NCBI GenBank assembly: GCA_025058225.1
Contig: JANXEE010000002.1
Coordinates: 1 to 16,821, forward strand
DNA length: 16,821 nt
Direction of reading: 5' to 3'
From: Candidatus Calditenuaceae archaeon
Lineage (GTDB): Archaea > Thermoproteota > Nitrososphaeria_A > Caldarchaeales > Calditenuaceae
The position numbers and the translations under genes are program-made. Below, piece by piece: positions 7,968-14,624 of the stretch. The notes under the pieces were generated by a model. That model was not told the DNA's origin and searched no databases. It was given only the letters and a program-made list of their open reading frames with translations. Positions within the stretch are counted from its first letter, which is position 1. The number at the start of each line of letters is the position of its first letter.

Positions 7968-8804
7968 TCAGGAGAGCTGGGTACCGCAGATTGGGCACTT
8001 GCCTCCTATGTCCCTCCAGGTCTCGATGCACTCCCTGTGCATCGGGGCACCGCATCCCGCGCAGTTCCTCATCGAACCCGGTTGTATTATGTCGCCACAT
8101 ATGGAGCACTCGGTCCTCGAGCTGGGCGTCTGGGTCTGGGGGATCTGGGGGGGCTGAGGGATCCTCTGTGTGACTTCTGGAGGTGCCAGTCTCACAGCGG
8201 TCGTGGATTGTTCCTCTGACTCCTCCTTCAGGAGCTCGTCGAACATCTCCTCTTCAGTAGTGGGTACCGGTGAAGAGATGGCTGCTCCCTGTAATGCCTC
8301 CACCTCCATCGGTTGATACGGCTGATAGGATGAGGGCTGAGACTCCGGACGAAGTGCGACCAACCCTATCATGGTGGATATTGCACCACCTCCGGCCATA
8401 GCGACGCCGGTGAAGAGCGCGGCTATCGCACCGACTTCGGTCCTGAACTCGACCTGTAGTGAGGGGAGCAGGTAGAGGACGGAGTACAGCGGAGAGAGGA
8501 TCGCCAGTGCGGCCCCACCCAGCGCGAAGGCCGGGACCGCGAACCTGAGTATTCTTATGCTGGTTGAGACCGATGCAAGCACGCCTGAGGCGCCGGCGAG
8601 CCCGGCCGCGATCAAGGAGAACATGAAACTGGAGGGGAGATCATAACCCTGGACGCCCTCGGCCATCACGTTGTCGTGAAGCAGGGAGACCCAGTCCAGA
8701 AGAAGCGTGAGGACGTGGACCGCACCGAGAACAGATATCAGAGAGCCGACCCTTATCAATCTGACTAATGCGTCCCTAACATCTGTACCCGTTACGAGCA
8801 TCAC
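7968..8804 (-). CDS. Polytopic membrane protein with low-complexity linker and C-terminal C4HC3 RING/PHD-like zinc finger
   Basis: About 4 hydrophobic helices in the N-terminal 150 aa, then an acidic and P/Q/S/T-rich linker. The C-terminus reads CSIC-x11-CAGC-x4-H-x2-C-x10-CPIC (nt 7971-8108). Start GTG 8804 or ATG 8801, with a strong TATA (TTATATAA) about 30 nt upstream. Confidence 0.7.
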   Translation of the reverse strand: MMLVTGTDVRDALVRLIRVGSLISVLGAVHVLTLLLDWVSLLHDNVMAEGVQGYDLPSSFMFSLIAAGLAGASGVLASVSTSIRILRFAVPAFALGGAALAILSPLYSVLYLLPSLQVEFRTEVGAIAALFTGVAMAGGGAISTMIGLVALRPESQPSSYQPYQPMEVEALQGAAISSPVPTTEEEMFDELLKEESEEQSTTAVRLAPPEVTQRIPQPPQIPQTQTPSSRTECSICGDIIQPGSMRNCAGCGAPMHRECIETWRDIGGKCPICGTQLS

Positions 8805-8833
8805 TGACCGCCTAGGTCTTGCCGTTCCCCATG

Positions 8834-8841
8834 TTATATAA
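8834..8841 (-). promoter_or_regulatory. TATA box (TTATATAA) for the membrane RING-like gene
   Basis: This is the best TATA match in the window. It lies in the 90-nt gap after the lrp stop and is centred about 34-37 nt upstream of the GTG 8804 / ATG 8801 starts. Confidence 0.5.
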
Positions 8842-8894
8842 GGATGTTGATCGACTCACGGACGAAACTCATCCGCGTCGGATCTCCACCGGCG

Positions 8895-9344
8895 TCAGGG
8901 CTGTTCCTTCACCGTCTCGAAGACGAAACACGTCTCGGTCTTGCTGACGTTCTTCAAGGGCCTCAGCCTGTCGATGACGAGCTTACCGACGTCCTCGACC
9001 GAGGAACCTCTGACCTTCAGTATCATGTCCCACTGGCCGCTGACCAAGTGCACCTCATACACTTCGGAGAGTTTGGCGATCTGTGCGGCGAGCTCGCGCT
9101 GAGAGACGTCCATCGTCGGCGCGAAGGAGACCAACACGAAGGCCGTGGTCCCGTTGCCGATCTTCGCGTAGTCCGGTATCACGGTGAAGGACTTGATGTA
9201 GCCCTCCTCGATCAACTTCTTGACCCTCTCTTGGACGGTGGTCCTCGGCAGGTTGAGCTCGCTGGCCAGGTCCGTGAAGGTCTTCCTCGCGTCCCTTCTC
9301 AGCGCCTCCAGGATCCTGAGGTCCCTCTCGTCCGGCGACGTCAC
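8895..9344 (-). CDS. Lrp/AsnC-family transcriptional regulator
   Basis: N-terminal wHTH (DLRILEALRRDARKTFTDLASELNLPRTTVQERVKKLIEEGYI) plus a C-terminal RAM/ligand domain (AFVLVSF...VYEVHLVSGQWDMILKV). GTG start at 9344. Confidence 0.9.
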   Translation of the reverse strand: MTSPDERDLRILEALRRDARKTFTDLASELNLPRTTVQERVKKLIEEGYIKSFTVIPDYAKIGNGTTAFVLVSFAPTMDVSQRELAAQIAKLSEVYEVHLVSGQWDMILKVRGSSVEDVGKLVIDRLRPLKNVSKTETCFVFETVKEQP

Positions 9345-9446
9345 AAAATTCTGTCCACCTACCCGTTATTTAGGGAGGGTAGATAGCCAATCAACTAACT
9401 ATAAATTAGGCAAGTTTTTATTCCGAGCGGAAATTAATCTGAAGAG
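9345..9446. promoter_or_regulatory. AT-rich divergent promoter region between lrp (-) and the HMGCS-thiolase-DUF35 operon (+)
   Basis: This is the only markedly AT-rich stretch in the window. TATA-like boxes face both directions: minus CCCTAAATAACGGG at 9362-9375, plus CTATAAATTA at 9399-9408 and TTTTTATT at 9415-9422. The inverted repeat CTACCC (9359-9364) / GGGTAG (9377-9382) brackets the lrp-side TATA. Confidence 0.5.
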
Positions 9447-10496
9447 TTGGCGAGGATAAGGAACGTAGCGATCCTAGGGTACGGAGGATATGTCCCGAGG
9501 CTGAGGATCAAGGCGACCGAGATAGCGAGGATATGGGGGAGGGAGGAGGACGCGCTGCCGGTCAGGGAGAAGTCGGTCAACGAGCTCGACGAGGACGCCA
9601 TAACGATGGCCGTGGAGGCGGCCAAGTACGCTATGAGGAGGGCCGGCATAGATCCCTCAGAGATAGGCGCGGTCAACGTGGGCTCCGAGTCGCATCCCTA
9701 CGCGGTCAAGCCGTCGGGAACCGTGGTCGCCGAGGCGCTGGGCATACCGCCGAACTTCCTCGCGGCGGACTTGGAGTTCGCGTGCAAGGCCGGGACTGAG
9801 TCCCTCCAGATGATCTCCGGACTGGTCTCGGCGGGCATCATAAAGGCAGGTCTGGCGATCGGGGCCGACACGGCTCAGGGGAGGCCGGGGGACGCGCTTG
9901 AGTTCACAGCTGCGGCCGGTGCGGCGGCCCTAGTCGTCGGTAGGCCCGGAAACGGTGAGGTCGCGTCCATCGAGTACGCCCGGAGCTACGTGACCGACAC
10001 ACCGGACTTCTGGAGGAGGGCCCACGAGCGTTATCCCTCGCATACGTTCAGGTTCACAGGTGAACCGGCCTACTTCCATCACACGCTCTCAGCGGTTAAG
10101 GGGTTGTTGGAGGAGGCGGGGCTGAAGGTCGCGGACGTGGACTACTTCATCTTCCATCAGCCCAACTACAAGTTTCCGCTCGCGGCCGCGAAGGTCCTCC
10201 AGATTCCTAAGGAGAAGGTGGAGCAGGGAGTCGTGACCCACCTCATCGGCAACACTTACGCCGCGAGCTCTCTGATGGGGTTGGTGAGGGTGCTGGACGT
10301 GGCGAGGCCTGGCCAGCTGATCGTCCTCACGTCCTTCGGCTCCGGTGCTGGAAGCGACTCCTTCCTCATCGAGACCAAGGAGGGGTTGCCTGAAAAGAGG
10401 GCCAAAGCTCCGTTGCTGGACGCGTTGATCAGCAGGGCGAAGTACGTCGATTATGCGACCTATCTTAGGCACAGGGACAAGATACGCGGTGCCTGA
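9447..10496 (+). CDS. Hydroxymethylglutaryl-CoA synthase (archaeal type)
   Basis: N-terminal ILGYGGYVPRLRI, catalytic Cys context LEFACKAGT, His context FIFHQPN, and GNTYAASSL. TTG 9447 is the only in-frame start before the conserved N-terminus. Confidence 0.9.
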   Translation: MARIRNVAILGYGGYVPRLRIKATEIARIWGREEDALPVREKSVNELDEDAITMAVEAAKYAMRRAGIDPSEIGAVNVGSESHPYAVKPSGTVVAEALGIPPNFLAADLEFACKAGTESLQMISGLVSAGIIKAGLAIGADTAQGRPGDALEFTAAAGAAALVVGRPGNGEVASIEYARSYVTDTPDFWRRAHERYPSHTFRFTGEPAYFHHTLSAVKGLLEEAGLKVADVDYFIFHQPNYKFPLAAAKVLQIPKEKVEQGVVTHLIGNTYAASSLMGLVRVLDVARPGQLIVLTSFGSGAGSDSFLIETKEGLPEKRAKAPLLDALISRAKYVDYATYLRHRDKIRGA

Positions 10497-10499
10497 GTC

Positions 10500-11666
10500 A
10501 TGAGGAGCGTTCACGTGGTGGGCGTCGGCTACACCAGGGTCGGGGAGCACTGGGGTGACTCCTTGACCGAGCTCATGGCAGAGGCCTCGCTCGCTGCGAT
10601 TGAGGACGCGGGCGTCGAGAGGGTCGATGGCATTTACGTCGCGAGCACCTTCTGCGAGGTGACCAACAACCAAGCTGGCATATCGGCCTTGGTCGCCGAG
10701 GCGCTGGGCCTGAGGAGCGTGTACGGCGTTAGGGTCGAGGGCGGTGAGTCATCGGGATTGATGGCCCTGATGGAGGCGTACGCTGCGGTCGCGTCGGGTC
10801 TGGTCGACTTCGCGCTGGTCGTCGGCGGCGAGAAGCTCTCCGACCTTCTGCCTGATGAGTTCAACTCCGTCCACAGCATGACCCTACCGTACGACTCGAT
10901 GGGTTACGCAGGTGTCACACCGGCGTCCATCGCGGCCCTCCTCTACAAAACGTATCTCGAGAGGTATGAGGTGCCTCAGGAGTTCGTTGCGCAGTTCCCG
11001 GTGCTCATGCACAACAACGCCGAAGGCGTCAGCCATGCGCAGTTCCCGTTCAAGGTGAAGCTGGAGGACGTGCTCGGTTCTCCTGAGGTAGCGCCCCCTC
11101 TGAGGAGGCTGGAGTGCTCCGCGCCCTGTGACGGTGCAGCTGCAGTAGTCCTCGCGTCCGATGACTCGCAAACTAGGCGTTTGTCCGGTCAAGCGGTGAG
11201 GATCGGAGGGATAAGCATAAGGACGGACTACGTATCACCGTTTGATAGGGAAGACCCGCTCTTCATGACTTCTGTCGCTCTCTCGGTCGATGAGGCGCTT
11301 CTCCGCAGCGGCATCTCCAGAAGCGAGCTCAACGTGCTCGAGGTCCATGACTCTTTCTCTATACTCGCCCCTCTGATACTCGAGAGCGGGGGCTTTTCGT
11401 CACGCTCGGAGAGCGGCCCGGACGTGAAGTCCGGGAAGTACTCCCTGGGGGGCGAGTTACCGATCAACACCTTCGGAGGCCTCAAGGCCAGAGGTCACCC
11501 GATTGGGGCGACGGCGCTCTATCAGGTAGCGGAGGTCTACCTTCAGCTCACGGGTAGAGCTGGCAAGAAGCAGGTCGATCGGACGAAGGCAGGTGCAATA
11601 ATTTCCGTGTCGGGCTTCGGGACCATCGCCGGGACGGCCGTAATGCTCTCGGGTGAGATGGGTTGA
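10500..11666 (+). CDS. Acetyl-CoA C-acetyltransferase (archaeal thiolase, SCP-x-like)
   Basis: Thiolase-fold signatures: VVGVGYTRVGEHW, CSAPCDGAAAVVLAS, LEVHDSFS, FGGLKARGHPIGATA. ATG 10500 lies 3 nt after the HMGCS stop. Confidence 0.9.
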   Translation: MRSVHVVGVGYTRVGEHWGDSLTELMAEASLAAIEDAGVERVDGIYVASTFCEVTNNQAGISALVAEALGLRSVYGVRVEGGESSGLMALMEAYAAVASGLVDFALVVGGEKLSDLLPDEFNSVHSMTLPYDSMGYAGVTPASIAALLYKTYLERYEVPQEFVAQFPVLMHNNAEGVSHAQFPFKVKLEDVLGSPEVAPPLRRLECSAPCDGAAAVVLASDDSQTRRLSGQAVRIGGISIRTDYVSPFDREDPLFMTSVALSVDEALLRSGISRSELNVLEVHDSFSILAPLILESGGFSSRSESGPDVKSGKYSLGGELPINTFGGLKARGHPIGATALYQVAEVYLQLTGRAGKKQVDRTKAGAIISVSGFGTIAGTAVMLSGEMG

Positions 11667-12070
11667 GGTTCAACTTCAGGCCTCAGAACCACTGGAGGTT
11701 CAAGAGGTTCAGGTACAGGACAGAGGTGCTCAGATGTGCGAACTGTGGCACCGTTAACGTGACGACTCGACCCGTCTGCAGGCGCTGTAGATCGAGGAAC
11801 CTCCAGAGGGAGGAGCTCCCGGAGAGGGGCAGGCTGGTGGCCTTTACCACCGTGAAGTCTCCCACAGAGGAGCACAAGGAGCTGGCGCCGTATATCGTGG
11901 GACTCGTCGAGTTCGAGGACGGCACGCGTATCGTGACGCAGATAACCGACGCTGACCCCGAGGATCTCAAGACAGGTATGATCGTCGAGCGCGTCCTGAG
12001 GAAAATCACTCACGACGGCGACGCCGGCATCATCATCTACGGCTTCAAGTTCAGGCCGCCGATAACCTAG
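11663..12070 (+). CDS. DUF35 protein (Zn-ribbon plus OB-fold), scaffold subunit of the archaeal thiolase/HMG-CoA synthase complex
   Basis: C4 zinc ribbon CANCGTVNVTTRPVCRRCRS, followed by an OB-fold-like segment (GRLVAFTTV...IVGLVEFEDGTRIVTQI). TTG 11663 overlaps the thiolase stop (TTGA). Confidence 0.85.
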   Translation: MRFNFRPQNHWRFKRFRYRTEVLRCANCGTVNVTTRPVCRRCRSRNLQREELPERGRLVAFTTVKSPTEEHKELAPYIVGLVEFEDGTRIVTQITDADPEDLKTGMIVERVLRKITHDGDAGIIIYGFKFRPPIT

Positions 12071-12259
12071 TCGGTCAAGTCTGTGGAGGACCGTTCAAGG
12101 GACTACGTTCTGTTCTTCTGGGATCCTGTGAAGGACGAGGATAGGCGCCGGAATTCGGTGAAACGTGTCAGACGGGGCCCTCGGACAGCCGTGCAGGGAT
12201 ATTAGTACCGTCCAACGGTTCACTTCGGCGTGTTCTGTGGACCGGGGCCCTTTTCGAGG

Positions 12260-12802
12260 ATGATGGAGGAGTTCGTGTTGGAGAGCTCGTTGAGGCGTCT
12301 GGTTCAGGACCCCATGAGGGTACTGAGGGAGCTCGATGCGAGACGAGGAATGGTGATTATGGACATCGGATGCGGTTACGGATTTCTGTCGGTGCCTGCG
12401 GCCAGGTTGGTCGGCCCATCGGGTCTGGTATACTCGATCGACGTTGACGACTTCAAGCTTCAGAGGCTGAAGAAGAGGGCTGAGGCGGAGGGCCTCGTCA
12501 ACCTTAGACCCATCAAATCAGAAGCCTGGAGGATTGAAGGCGTCGATCCCGCAACGGTGGACTTAGCTGTCATGTTCTTCAGCTTGCATCACTTCGAGAG
12601 GGTCCGGGAGTCCCTGGAGGAGGCGAACTCCAAGCTGAGGCGTGGCGGCAGGCTCTACGTCTATGACCCTATACGCTCGAGGTTCGCGGGTCACGGCACC
12701 GACGCAGAGGAGGTGTTGGAGGAGGGTGTTCGGCGGGGGTTCAGGTTGGGTTCTCTGAAAAAGAGCCTCCTCACGTACCGCCTCGAGTTAGTGAAACCCT
12801 GA
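12260..12802 (+). CDS. Class I SAM-dependent methyltransferase (substrate unknown)
   Basis: Motif I VIMDIGCGYGFLS, motif II YSIDVD, post-I acidic residue, and motif III-like LRRGGRLYVYD. The start is ambiguous. ATG 12260 is preferred. GTG 12230 is possible as a leaderless start 26 nt after the ATATTAGT box. Confidence 0.8.
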   Translation: MMEEFVLESSLRRLVQDPMRVLRELDARRGMVIMDIGCGYGFLSVPAARLVGPSGLVYSIDVDDFKLQRLKKRAEAEGLVNLRPIKSEAWRIEGVDPATVDLAVMFFSLHHFERVRESLEEANSKLRRGGRLYVYDPIRSRFAGHGTDAEEVLEEGVRRGFRLGSLKKSLLTYRLELVKP

Positions 12803-12903
12803 CGAAGGTGCCGATCGCTCTCCTGACCACCGTTATGGTCGGCGACTCAAACCGGTCATCACGACGGAAGAAGGTTCAAGAAATCCATAGGGAGATGAGA
12901 AAC

Positions 12904-12996
12904 GGGCCCGTGGCCTAGCCTGGACAGGGCGCCGACCGCAAGAGGGGCGCATGCCTCCGGAGCCGGAAGTCGCGGGTTCGAATCCCGCCGGGCCCG
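12904..12996 (+). tRNA. tRNA-Arg (anticodon CCG) interrupted by an 18-nt intron at position 29/30
   Basis: Hand-folded cloverleaf: acceptor GGGCCCG/CGGGCCC, D arm GCCT-AGCCTGGACA-GGGC, T arm GCGGG-TTCGAAT-CCCGC, discriminator G. Removing 12935-12952 gives the anticodon arm CCGGC-CTCCGGA-GCCGG with U33 and anticodon CCG (12957-12959). No CCA is encoded. Confidence 0.85.
12935..12952 (+). other. tRNA intron (ACCGCAAGAGGGGCGCAT) at non-canonical position 29/30 with hBHBh' splicing motif
   Basis: A central 4-bp helix forms as G24C25G26C27 paired with intron G13C14G15C16. It is flanked by two 3-nt bulges (C28 G29 | A and A U | G30), with each splice site after the second bulge nucleotide, as in the canonical archaeal BHB. 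The outer helices are A21G22G23:C31C32U33 and intron C2C3:G11G12. Confidence 0.7.
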
Positions 12997-13041
12997 ATAC
13001 GGTATCCGGTATGATTGAACCGGAGGGGAGGAGAGGGGCTG

Positions 13042-14073
13042 CTACCCCGTCAACTCCTTGGCGACGCCGTCTATACACAGCTTCGCCGTCTCGACGAACT
13101 CTTCAGGTCTCGATAACGGTGCGAGTATCAGGTACCTAGCTCCAGCGTTTACGTATTCTTGCAGCAGATCCACGCACTCCCTCGGCGTCCCTATGACCGC
13201 GACGCGCCTGTCGACCAGTTCATCCAGCTTCACGTCTAACTTTTGAGCCTCGAAAAGGATCCTCTCACCCATTTCCCTGTTCAAGGGGACGTGCTTCCAG
13301 ACGTTTAACTCTGGTACCGTGGTGGTCAGGTACAAGGCCTTAACAGGAAGGAGGAACTTCCGTTCGAGAGCCGCGCGTTCAACGGCAACGCCGACGTACG
13401 CGAAGAGGGCTGGAACGATCTCTTCGGGGTTCCTGCCTGCATCTGAAGCGACCTGACGAACGAATTGCAGCTTCCGTGCGTAATCCTTAGGTTCACCGGC
13501 TATCGGGATCCAGCCGTCCCCAAGCTCTCCGACGAGCCTCAAGGACCTGGGCGAGTTCGCGCCGATCCATATGGGCGGATGAGGCCTCTGGACCGGTTTA
13601 AGGTCCAAAATCGCCTTGGAGAGCCGCACGAACCTGCCCTCGAAGTCCACCTGATCTAGGGTCCACAGCAACTTGATCGCCTGAACGGCCTCCCTCATCC
13701 TCGAGACCGGGTGATCCCATTCGACACCGAAGGGTGTCAGGTTCATCGCCTCGCCAGCGCCGATCCCCAGAACGGTCCTCCCGTGTGAGAGGAGGTCCAC
13801 AGTAGCTACGATCTGCGCCAAGGTCTCAGGATGCCTCCTGTGGGGGTCCGAGACCGAGCTGCCGAGCCTAACCCTTCGCGTTTTGACTGCCAGCGCCGCG
13901 AGTGTGGTCCACGCGTCCACGGCCGCGAACCTCTTGATCCCGAAGGCCACTACGTGGTCTGCTAACCATAAGCCGTCCAATCCGGATTCTTCACAGAGTT
14001 CTGCGGCCCTGAAGGTCAGTTCGGGTGGATACAGGTTCGGAGCTAAACCGACCTTCACCGTGCCGTCTCTCAA
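13042..14073 (-). CDS. Luciferase-like (LLM-class) oxidoreductase, Mer-like, probably F420-dependent
   Basis: TIM-barrel LLM signatures: GLDGLWLADHV, RLGSSVSDPHRRHP, GRTVLGIGAGE, IWIGANSPRSLRLVGELGDGWIP, VIGTPRECVDLLQEYVNAGARYLIL. TTG 14073, with GTG 14058 as an alternative. The cofactor is inferred from family resemblance only. Confidence 0.8.
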   Translation of the reverse strand: MRDGTVKVGLAPNLYPPELTFRAAELCEESGLDGLWLADHVVAFGIKRFAAVDAWTTLAALAVKTRRVRLGSSVSDPHRRHPETLAQIVATVDLLSHGRTVLGIGAGEAMNLTPFGVEWDHPVSRMREAVQAIKLLWTLDQVDFEGRFVRLSKAILDLKPVQRPHPPIWIGANSPRSLRLVGELGDGWIPIAGEPKDYARKLQFVRQVASDAGRNPEEIVPALFAYVGVAVERAALERKFLLPVKALYLTTTVPELNVWKHVPLNREMGERILFEAQKLDVKLDELVDRRVAVIGTPRECVDLLQEYVNAGARYLILAPLSRPEEFVETAKLCIDGVAKELTG

Positions 14074-14098
14074 CGCACCCCCATATGGACGTCGATTG

Positions 14099-14107
14099 AA
14101 CTAAAAG
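14099..14107 (-). promoter_or_regulatory. TATA-like box (CTTTTAGTT) for the LLM oxidoreductase gene
   Basis: Centred about 29 nt upstream of TTG 14073 on the minus strand, implying a very short leader. Confidence 0.4.
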
Positions 14108-14212
14108 CCTTTCACGACCAAATGCCGACCTGGCCCGCGCCCCTAACCTCGTGACAACAGAGCGGTGGGTGCGTGTTCGGGGCTGGTGCTCACCGGCCTT
14201 CTGCAACGGCTG

Positions 14213-14524
14213 TCAGATGACCTCGATCCTATCGATGGGTATGCCGTAGACCTCCGAGAGTATCCTCGGTACCTTGTCCCTCTGGTCGCCCTGAAGGATG
14301 ATGACGCCGTTCTTGACTGCCCCTCCGCAGGCGCACCTCGTCTTCAGCTCGGAGACCATCTCGTCCAAGTCCACGTCAGCCCCCTCGAACCCCTCGACGA
14401 CGGTCACCTGCTTGTTCCACTTCTTCGTCTCCAGCCTGATCTTGATCTTCTGCATCTCATACGTGATCGTTTGACAGACGCAGAGGCTCCTCGGAAGCCC
14501 ACAGGTTGGGCACGAATCCACCAT
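14213..14524 (-). CDS. sui1: Translation initiation factor aSUI1 (eIF1 homologue)
   Basis: The N-terminal zinc knuckle MVDSCPTCGLPRSLCVC and the SUI1 core (KIKIRLETKKWNKQVTVVEGF...CACGGAVKNGVIILQGDQRDKV) match archaeal SUI1 of about 102 aa. ATG 14524 is preceded by GGAGAG. The upstream ATG 14545 (ORF track) sits only 6-10 nt from the TATA-like box, so it is less likely. Confidence 0.9.
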   Translation of the reverse strand: MVDSCPTCGLPRSLCVCQTITYEMQKIKIRLETKKWNKQVTVVEGFEGADVDLDEMVSELKTRCACGGAVKNGVIILQGDQRDKVPRILSEVYGIPIDRIEVI

Positions 14525-14550
14525 TACTTCACACTCTCCTCTCATTACCT

Positions 14551-14560
14551 ACTTAAAAGT
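14551..14560 (-). promoter_or_regulatory. TATA-like box (ACTTTTAAGT) for aSUI1; near-palindromic, so possibly shared with the divergent GT2 gene
   Basis: Centred about 31 nt upstream of ATG 14524. It lies in the 79-nt divergent gap between sui1 (-) and the GT2 gene (+). Confidence 0.4.
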
Positions 14561-14624
14561 CTTTAGCGGTCAACGTTTCTTAGGGTCGCTGTTCTGGATC
14601 TCATCGGACGGTGAGCTCGGAGGT

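Noticed and set aside
12904-12996. Alternative reading of the 93-nt tRNA as a class II (long variable arm) tRNA, or as carrying a canonical 37/38 intron.
   Set aside because: The extra 18 nt lie 5' of the anticodon, not in the variable region. A 37/38 intron gives a loop without U33 and a mismatched stem, whereas excision at 29/30 gives a perfect arm and a BHB motif.
12997-13041. Tandem CGGTATC/CGGTATG heptamers, a GATAC-G-GTATC near-palindrome, and a GGGG-TAGCAG-CCCC hairpin plus pyrimidine tract (minus strand) after the LLM gene stop.
   Set aside because: The elements are very short and could be a terminator or a processing signal between convergent tRNA and LLM transcripts. They are too weak to call individually.
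12833-13139. ORFs 12833-13078(-) and 12951-13139(+) across the tRNA-Arg locus.
   Set aside because: They are explained by the tRNA gene and the 3' end of the LLM oxidoreductase gene, and show no coding signal.
13991-14206. 71-aa minus-strand ORF starting in the sui1-LLM gap and running into the LLM gene in another frame.
   Set aside because: It overlaps a well-supported gene out of frame, its sequence is Arg-rich and motif-less, and its start lies in the probable terminator/promoter region.
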